A stretch of 64,000 nt of DNA. It comes from Candidatus Kryptoniota bacterium (GTDB lineage: Bacteria; Bacteroidota; Ignavibacteria; Kryptoniales; Kryptoniaceae). The stretch lies in assembly GCA_041640855.1 (NCBI GenBank), contig JBEPZK010000002.1:24964-88963 (forward strand), in the 5' to 3' direction. Made by a program: the position numbers and the translations under genes. The notes below the pieces were generated by a model. That model made no database searches. It was not told the origin of the DNA and saw nothing but the letters and a program-made list of their open reading frames with translations. Below are positions 58,129 to 64,000 of the stretch, piece after piece; the first letter of the stretch is position 1; each line of letters starts with the position of its first letter.

Positions 58129-58984
58129 AGATAAGATATTCAACATAGTTCTTGGATTTTCTGCGATTGTTTTAGTTTTAATTGGGGTTGGATTTTTTCT
58201 AAGTTTGTTTAATGCGTCGATCGAATCCATTAAAAAGTTTGGGTTTTCATTTTTTGTCAGAGATATTTGGGACCCTGTTCAAGAAGAGTTTGGAGCTTTG
58301 CCATTTATATATGGGACATTGCTAACTTCTTTCATAGCACTTGCGATATCCTTACCTTTTTCACTTGCGATAAGCATAGTTTTGGGAGAATACTTTCGAA
58401 AAGGTTTATTCGCTGAGATTTTGAGATATTTGACTGAACTAATCGCGGGCGTCCCATCAGTTGTACTTGGATTTTGGGGTTTGTTCTTCGTCGTCCCGTT
58501 AGTTCGAGAACTCGAAATAAAAATCGGCGTTCCTCCTTACGGAGTTGGAATATTCACCGCTTCATTAATCCTTGCGTTTATGATAATGCCTTACTCGGCC
58601 TCGATCGGAAAAGATGCGATGAGACTTGTCCCTGATGAAGTTAAAGAAGCAGCTTATGCTCTCGGAGCAACTCGCTGGGAGATGATAAAAAAGGTTATGA
58701 TACCTTATGCTAGGTCTGGAATAATTGCGGGAGTGATTTTATCTCTTGGTCGAGCGCTTGGTGAAACTATGGCTGTTACAATGGTTATCGGAAATTATCA
58801 TGGAATTCCAGAAAATATATTTAGCCCTGGGAATACGATAGCAAGTGTCATAGCGAACGAGTTTACCGAAGCAACCGGGGAAGTTTACCTTTCAAGTTTA
58901 ATGTATCTTGGAATGACCTTGTTTATAATTACGACTGTCGTAAATCTAATTGGAAGATTTATCTTAAAGAAACTTCAGCATTAA
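58091..58984 (+). CDS. pstC: Phosphate ABC transporter permease
   Basis: WDPV...FGALPFIYGT, GVPSVV, EAAYALGATRWE, RALGETMAV and TIASVIANEF. Confidence 0.95.
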   Translation: MANLSTKRLELSKDKIFNIVLGFSAIVLVLIGVGFFLSLFNASIESIKKFGFSFFVRDIWDPVQEEFGALPFIYGTLLTSFIALAISLPFSLAISIVLGEYFRKGLFAEILRYLTELIAGVPSVVLGFWGLFFVVPLVRELEIKIGVPPYGVGIFTASLILAFMIMPYSASIGKDAMRLVPDEVKEAAYALGATRWEMIKKVMIPYARSGIIAGVILSLGRALGETMAVTMVIGNYHGIPENIFSPGNTIASVIANEFTEATGEVYLSSLMYLGMTLFIITTVVNLIGRFILKKLQH

Positions 58985-58988
58985 AAAG

Positions 58989-59816
58989 ATGGGAAGTTAT
59001 AAACTTCGAATTTTGAAAAGCAAGATCATCTCAGTATTTTTGACTTTTATCTCTATTGTTTCAACTATCCCATTTTTGCTCGTTCTTTATTTTATAATCA
59101 AAAATGGGATAAGCGTAATCAATTGGGAATTTTTAACGACTCTGCCAAAGCCTGTAGGCGAACCAGGAGGTGGAATTTTAAATGCAATTGTTGGAACCGC
59201 GATTTTAATTTTAATTGCATTGGTTCTATCGGTTCCGCTTGGCATTTCAGTTGGGGTTTATCTTGCTGAACGTTCGAATAGTAAACTTGCATTTGTCTCA
59301 AGGCTCGTCTCTGAAATTTTACAAGGTGTTCCATCTATTGTAATCGGTATAATCGCATATTTGTGGGTTGTAAAACCGATGGGACATTTCTCTGCTCTAT
59401 CAGGTGGAATTGCGCTTGGAATAATGATGTTGCCCTTGGTTATAAAGTCGACAGAGGAAATTTTAAAATTAATACCGCGTGAGATAAAAGAAGCTTCACT
59501 TGCGCTCGGCGTTCCATATTATAGAACAATTTTAAAAGTCATAATTCCAGCTGGACTTAGCGGGATATTAACAGGAATACTTGCCGGGACCGCAAGGATT
59601 GCCGGTGAAACAGCGCCTTTGCTTTTCACAGCTTTTGGAAATCCATTTTTAAACTTTAACATTTTAAAACCTATAAGTGCGATGCCGCTTTTAATTTTCA
59701 ATTACGCGGTAAGTCCATACGAAGATTGGTGGGCGAAGGCTTGGGGAACTTCTTGTATTTTGGTTATATTTGTTTTATTTTTAAATGTGACGACAAGATT
59801 GATAAGTAAAAGATAA
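58989..59816 (+). CDS. pstA: Phosphate ABC transporter permease
   Basis: GGILNAIVGT, GVPSIVIG, EASLALG, ARIAGETAPL and AWGTS. Confidence 0.95.
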   Translation: MGSYKLRILKSKIISVFLTFISIVSTIPFLLVLYFIIKNGISVINWEFLTTLPKPVGEPGGGILNAIVGTAILILIALVLSVPLGISVGVYLAERSNSKLAFVSRLVSEILQGVPSIVIGIIAYLWVVKPMGHFSALSGGIALGIMMLPLVIKSTEEILKLIPREIKEASLALGVPYYRTILKVIIPAGLSGILTGILAGTARIAGETAPLLFTAFGNPFLNFNILKPISAMPLLIFNYAVSPYEDWWAKAWGTSCILVIFVLFLNVTTRLISKR

Positions 59817-59829
59817 ATTCAAATCGAGA

Positions 59830-60609
59830 ATGATGGACATCGTCTTAAGAACTGAAAATCTCACAGCCTCATACGACCAACATATCGTTGTTAAAAATGT
59901 GAACCTTTCAATCGTCAGAAATAGCATAACCGCAATTATGGGTCCATCCGGATGTGGAAAGACAACGCTTATACGATGTTTCAATCGAATGCATGAACTA
60001 TCTCCAAATGCGAAAGTAGAAGGAAAAGTCTACCTGATCGAAAACACTTACCAAAGAGAAGAGATAGATATATATTCCCTTGACCCTATGGTCGTCAGAA
60101 GGAAAATTGGGATGGTTTTTCAAAGGCCAAATCCATTCCCAACGATGAGTATATATGAAAATGTAATCGCTGGCTATATTCTGAATGGGATAAAACTCAA
60201 AAAAAGTGAAGCGGATGAAATTGTTGAAGAGACATTAAAGAAAGTTTCGCTTTGGGATGAGGTGAAAAATCATCTTCATAAAAAAGGCACATTTCTATCA
60301 GGAGGACAACAGCAAAGATTATGCATTGCAAGGGCTCTCGCGATGAAACCCGATATAATCTTGCTTGATGAACCAACCTCTGCGCTCGACCCTGTGGCAA
60401 CGATGAGAATTGAAGAATTGATCGAACAATTAAAGGACACAGTTACAATTGTACTTGTAACTCATAACATCGGTCAAGCTGGTAGAGTGTCTGATTATGT
60501 CGCATTTATGTATCTTGGTGAATTGATAGAATATGGTCCGACAGATATAGTCTTTACAAGGCCTTCACACGAGAAAACCGAGGAATTTCTAGCCGGTAAA
60601 ATCGGATAA
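59830..60609 (+). CDS. pstB: Phosphate ABC transporter ATP-binding protein
   Basis: GPSGCGKT, MVFQRPNPFP, LSGGQQQR, LLDEPTSALDP and VTHN. Confidence 0.96.
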   Translation: MMDIVLRTENLTASYDQHIVVKNVNLSIVRNSITAIMGPSGCGKTTLIRCFNRMHELSPNAKVEGKVYLIENTYQREEIDIYSLDPMVVRRKIGMVFQRPNPFPTMSIYENVIAGYILNGIKLKKSEADEIVEETLKKVSLWDEVKNHLHKKGTFLSGGQQQRLCIARALAMKPDIILLDEPTSALDPVATMRIEELIEQLKDTVTIVLVTHNIGQAGRVSDYVAFMYLGELIEYGPTDIVFTRPSHEKTEEFLAGKIG

Positions 60610-60620
60610 AAAATACCGAG

Positions 60621-61298
60621 GTGATTTTTATGTTTTACGACAGATTAAACAAACTTAAAGAGAAAATAGTTGAACAGGGAAATCTCGTCGAGAAGATGAT
60701 CGAAAAAAGCATCCGCGGTTTGTTAAACAAAGATAAAAAGATTCTTCTTGAAGTCATCGAGGTTGATGAACCCAAGACGAACGATGCGGAAATTGAAATA
60801 GATGAGATGTGTATTAATTTAATCGCAAGATTTCAACCGGAAGCGAAGGATTTAAGGACAATTATGATGATTTTGAAAATGAACAACGACCTTGAAAGGA
60901 TAGGAGATATGGCGGTGAATATATCAGAAAGTGCTTTGTTTTTAATCGAAAGACCTCAGGTGAAACCGTTAATTGACCTACCTAAAATGGCTGAGGAAAC
61001 AATTCAAATGCTTAAAGATAGTATCGATTCATTTATCAGAGGAGATTCAAAACTTGCTCAAAGTGTTTGCGAAAGGGATGATATAGTAGATTCTTATCGT
61101 GATCAAATTTTGAGAGAGCTAATAACTTACATGATTTCTGACCCGACCACTATAGAAAGGGCGATTCATATTGAAAGAATCTCAAGAAATCTCGAAAGGA
61201 TTGCTGATTTAGCGACAAACATTGGCGAGGATGTAGTTTATATTGTGGAGGGCAAGATAATAAAACACGGAAGGTACAAAGAGCAGGGGGGCGCATAA
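60621..61298 (+). CDS. phoU: Phosphate signalling protein PhoU
   Basis: QPEAKDLR, DLERIGD, DDIVD and LERIADLATNIGE repeats. Confidence 0.95.
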   Translation: MIFMFYDRLNKLKEKIVEQGNLVEKMIEKSIRGLLNKDKKILLEVIEVDEPKTNDAEIEIDEMCINLIARFQPEAKDLRTIMMILKMNNDLERIGDMAVNISESALFLIERPQVKPLIDLPKMAEETIQMLKDSIDSFIRGDSKLAQSVCERDDIVDSYRDQILRELITYMISDPTTIERAIHIERISRNLERIADLATNIGEDVVYIVEGKIIKHGRYKEQGGA

Positions 61299-61305
61299 CC
61301 CCCCT
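61285..61305. terminator. Probable bidirectional terminator hairpin at the phoU stop
   Basis: AGGGGGG / CCCCCCT 7-bp stem, 7-nt loop containing the phoU stop codon, followed by TGATTTT. Confidence 0.6.
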
Positions 61306-61312
61306 TGATTTT

Positions 61313-61402
61313 CTACGGCGATTTCAACTGTTCAATCGTTTTCCCATCGTAAAGAGCAATCCCTATGAAAATTGCAACAGCAACCGCTTGTATCGGCGCC
61401 AT
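61313..61402 (-). CDS. Unannotated 29-aa hydrophobic peptide MAPIQAVAVAIFIGIALYDGKTIEQLKSP
   Basis: ATG at 61402 preceded by GGAGGT with 5-nt spacing, in-frame TAA just upstream, TAG at 61315-61313; promoter upstream and hairpin downstream. Confidence 0.65.
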   Translation of the reverse strand: MAPIQAVAVAIFIGIALYDGKTIEQLKSP

Positions 61403-61530
61403 ATCGCACCTCCGTTTTTAGTTTTTTCATGTTTTCAATGGGCAAGGCTATTTTCGAAGGTGCTGCGTTGAAGGAAGGGAATTTAAATTTCGAAAAAGGT
61501 CACTATTTAAATTAGGATAAAATCTATCTT

Positions 61531-61559
61531 AATTTAAAAGATTCTAACGTAAAAGTCAA
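61531..61559 (-). promoter_or_regulatory. Promoter for the minus-strand small-peptide transcript
   Basis: Minus strand: TTGACT (61559-61554), 17 bp, TAAATT (61536-61531), the same hexamers and spacing as the promoter at 42201. Confidence 0.6.
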
Positions 61560-61655
61560 GTTTTTACAAATCTAAAAACGTATAGGTCGAATCGGAAATA
61601 AATCCCAAAATTTTTAAATTTAGAGCCGAAAAATAAAAATTTCATCGCAAATTCA

Positions 61656-62045
61656 GTGGATAAGATTGGTATCGTCTCACATATTGAAATTACACTTGAA
61701 AATGGGCAATCAACCGTAAGGAATAGAGTCTTGATTCGAACTGTAAAAGATAAAATTTTTGTTGACTCGATTCACGCGGATGAAGTCAAAGTTTGTTTTT
61801 ATAAAAGCGAAGAAGACGCTGGTTTTAAAGAACCTTCTTTAGGAAACGAAAAAAGATTTTCCATCTTCGTTCAGGCTGAAAAATTTCTAAACTTGCCAGA
61901 TGATTTTGTTGTTAAAATTGGGGATGTAGTTGTCAAACTTCAAAAGGGTAAAGGCAATGCGTTTAAGATATTAAAAATTTTGAAAGGCGGTTTTGTTAAG
62001 TCGGGGAATGAAGTTCTTATGTTAAGTTTTGAAAAATCAAGGTGA
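61656..62045 (+). CDS. Hypothetical protein, possibly a degenerate MOSC-like beta-barrel
   Basis: LNLPDDFVVKIGDVVV and ILKGGFVKSGNEV resemble MOSC C-terminal patterns; no Cys in that segment. Confidence 0.4.
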   Translation: MDKIGIVSHIEITLENGQSTVRNRVLIRTVKDKIFVDSIHADEVKVCFYKSEEDAGFKEPSLGNEKRFSIFVQAEKFLNLPDDFVVKIGDVVVKLQKGKGNAFKILKILKGGFVKSGNEVLMLSFEKSR

Positions 62046-62092
62046 TTTTATATATTTAATCGAAATTTTCAAAAACAAAATGAGATGGATAT

Positions 62093-62548
62093 ATGATTAA
62101 AGTCGGTGAAAAAGCGCCGGATTTTGTCCTCAAGGGACACGATGATAAAGAATATAAATTAAGCGATTTCAAAGGGAAAAATGTTGTCCTTGTTTTTTAT
62201 CCTCTCGATTTTAGCCCTGTATGTACAAATGAACACGCATGCTTTGTCGATGCTTTGAAGATTTTTGAAGGATTAAATGCTCAGATTTTCGGGATAAGTG
62301 TGGATAGCACTTGGACACATAAAGCGTTTGCGGAGAAGATGAATATAAGTTATCCTTTGCTTGCAGATTTTCATCCAAAAGGAGAGGTTGGAAAGAAATA
62401 CGGCGTGTATCTTGAGGATAAAGGAATTCACAATCGAGTAACGGTTGTGATTGATAAAGATGGAATTGTCAGATATGTTGAAGAGCATGGGATTCCAAAC
62501 GTTCCCGATGTGAATAAAATTGCCAAAGTTCTTGAGGAGTTAAAGTAG
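62093..62548 (+). CDS. Peroxiredoxin (AhpE/Bcp-like)
   Basis: [18 protein letters not shown] (PxxxTxxC-like active site with S), GISVD, LLADF and [10 protein letters not shown]. Confidence 0.88.
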   Translation: MIKVGEKAPDFVLKGHDDKEYKLSDFKGKNVVLVFYPLDFSPVCTNEHACFVDALKIFEGLNAQIFGISVDSTWTHKAFAEKMNISYPLLADFHPKGEVGKKYGVYLEDKGIHNRVTVVIDKDGIVRYVEEHGIPNVPDVNKIAKVLEELK

Positions 62549-62556
62549 AAAACGAA

Positions 62557-62573
62557 GGGGGCATTAAGCCCCC
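62557..62573. terminator. Probable bidirectional terminator between convergent genes
   Basis: GGGGGC / GCCCCC stem with ATTAA loop, flanked by A-rich and T-rich runs. Confidence 0.65.
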
Positions 62574-62580
62574 CTTTTAA

Positions 62581-63005
62581 TTACTTTACAAATATAAAAT
62601 TTTCAGTCGAAATTAAACTACTAAACGTGTTGCGTTCAATTTTATAGGGGATCAAATCGCCATTATTATTTATCCGATAACTTTGGTAGCTGAGCTCGTA
62701 TAGCTTGTTAACTGCCCGTGAGGAAAAAGTTTCTCCGTCTTCACCAGGCCAAACCAAATAATCAAGCGATTCTATAGCTGTTGGAAGCAAAATATTTCTC
62801 CAAATTAAATATTTTAATTTTCACCTCTTTTTTGACTTTAAAAAGCATCCGCCTATATACAAGCGGAATATAAAATCGAGGGGCATAAAATAAGTCTTTG
62901 AATTCCTCTAACTAATCCAGGACCCTTATATTTCGTAAAACGCCAATAAGACGGCTCTAATTTTTCAATTTGTTTTAAAAGTCTTTTTCTTTTTTCAGTG
63001 ATCAT
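62581..63005 (-). pseudogene. Probable frameshifted, internally deleted remnant of an FkbM-like methyltransferase
   Basis: ATG at 63005 directly follows the upstream TAA. Three protein-like segments lie in three successive frames (MITEKRKRLLKQIEKLE..., LFYAPRFYIPLVYRRMLFKVKKEVKIKIF, ILLPTAIES...LYELSYQSYRINNNGDLIP...ENFIFVK). The family call rests on recalled similarity only. Confidence 0.45.
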
Positions 63006-64000
63006 TTACATCGAATATTTTAATGCCTGTTCGAAATCCCAGAGCAAATCTTCTATATTTTCAATTCCGACGGAAACCCTGACCGTAGATTCTGATATTC
63101 CCGCCTTTTTAAGTTCATCTGAACTCATTTTTATATGTGAAGTTAAAACAGGGATGCTGACGAGGGTTTCGACGCTTCCTAAACTTGTGGCGTTGAGCGC
63201 AATTTTCAACGAATCGCAAAACCTTTTCGCATCCTCGAGTTTTCCATTTATCTCAAAAGCAAGCATTCCACCAAAACCTCTCATTTGACTCTTTGCGATA
63301 TGATGGTCGGGATGAGAAGTAAGCCCGGGGTAAAAGATTTTTTTAACATTATCATGTGTTGATAAAAACTGCGCAAGTTTAAAAGCATTTTCATTTTGCT
63401 TATTGACCCGCAATTCAAGCGTTTTTAAACTTCTCCCAAGAAGAAATGCTTGATGTGGGTCCGGGTTACCGCCCAAAACATTTTTCATCTTCCTAATTTT
63501 TTCAATTTTATCTTTGCTCGACATAACACAGCCAAGTATCAAGTCGCTATGTCCGGATAGATACTTTGTTGCGCTGTGCAGGACTATGTCAACCCCAAAT
63601 AGAATTGGATTTTGATTTACTGGAGTTGCAAATGTGTTGTCTATTACGGTGATTATGTTATTTTCTTTTGCTGTGCCCACAATTTTTTTGATGTCGATTA
63701 CTCGTGTTGTAGGATTTATCGGTGTTTCAAAGTAGATTAATTTTGTCTTTTTCGTTATAAACTTTTTTAAATCATCAACTTCATCCACATCGACGAACTT
63801 GACATTTACACCAAACTTTGGAAGATGGTCTCTGAAGAATCTATATGTGACGCCGTAGATTGAACTTAACGATATGATCTCGTCCCCGGATTCAACGAAG
63901 CTCAAAATGGTCGTCGTTATCGCTGACATCCCGGATGAAAATAAAATCGCATCATCTGCATTTTCGACAAGCGCCAATCTCTTTTCAACTTCTCTAATCG
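63006..64000 (-). CDS. Cys/Met metabolism PLP enzyme (cystathionine gamma-synthase / methionine gamma-lyase family), 5' end outside the window
   Basis: FSSGMSAI, YFETPINP, IDNTFATP, HSATKYLSGHSD, SLGSVETL and VRVSVGIE; the frame is open to the window edge. Confidence 0.92.
   Translation of the reverse strand, partial: IREVEKRLALVENADDAILFSSGMSAITTTILSFVESGDEIISLSSIYGVTYRFFRDHLPKFGVNVKFVDVDEVDDLKKFITKKTKLIYFETPINPTTRVIDIKKIVGTAKENNIITVIDNTFATPVNQNPILFGVDIVLHSATKYLSGHSDLILGCVMSSKDKIEKIRKMKNVLGGNPDPHQAFLLGRSLKTLELRVNKQNENAFKLAQFLSTHDNVKKIFYPGLTSHPDHHIAKSQMRGFGGMLAFEINGKLEDAKRFCDSLKIALNATSLGSVETLVSIPVLTSHIKMSSDELKKAGISESTVRVSVGIENIEDLLWDFEQALKYSM

Noticed and set aside
62093-62548. Selenocysteine or read-through in the peroxiredoxin
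   Set aside because: The active site is an ordinary Cys codon and there is no in-frame TGA.
421-63288. Dozens of 60-177 aa opposite-strand or alternate-frame ORFs (for example 10974-11507, 16606-17067, 7479-7904, 62998-63288)
   Set aside because: They lie almost wholly over well-supported genes and lack motifs or ribosome-binding signals, so they are shadow ORFs.
1-64000. rRNA, tRNA, SRP, tmRNA, known riboswitches, IS elements, prophage
   Set aside because: No intergenic space or signature supports them and no transposase, integrase or phage ORF is present. A cmscan would be needed to exclude short RNAs fully.

Overview
Compact, AT-rich bacterial chromosomal segment with about 57 genes, mostly on the + strand with very short or overlapping junctions. 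C-terminal sorting tails, two PorV-like genes and K/E-rich proteins suggest a thermophilic FCB-superphylum organism of the Kryptonia/Ignavibacteria type (inference). Contents: housekeeping genes (gltX, def, fmt, era, hisS, lgt, tsaD), trpB2 and trpA about 48 kb apart plus tryptophanase, many peptidases (M14, M1, M28, M50, DmpA), an uncharacterised catabolic-looking block (transporter, hydantoinase/oxoprolinase-like protein, two FAD oxidoreductases, nanE, amine-dehydrogenase-like protein, GH94), a minus-strand T9SS-linked operon, and a complete phoB-phoR-pstSCAB-phoU locus with a six-unit 11-bp Pho-box array. I saw no rRNA, tRNA, CRISPR array, transposase or prophage gene. Best leads: (1) an unannotated 29-aa hydrophobic peptide with its own promoter, an SD-sequestering leader and a shared terminator, type I toxin-like, plus a candidate partner RNA at 42.1 kb; (2) a chorismate mutase-MltG fusion ORF; (3) the nanE/hydantoinase/FAD-oxidoreductase block. 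Family calls come from motif recognition by eye; no database search was run.
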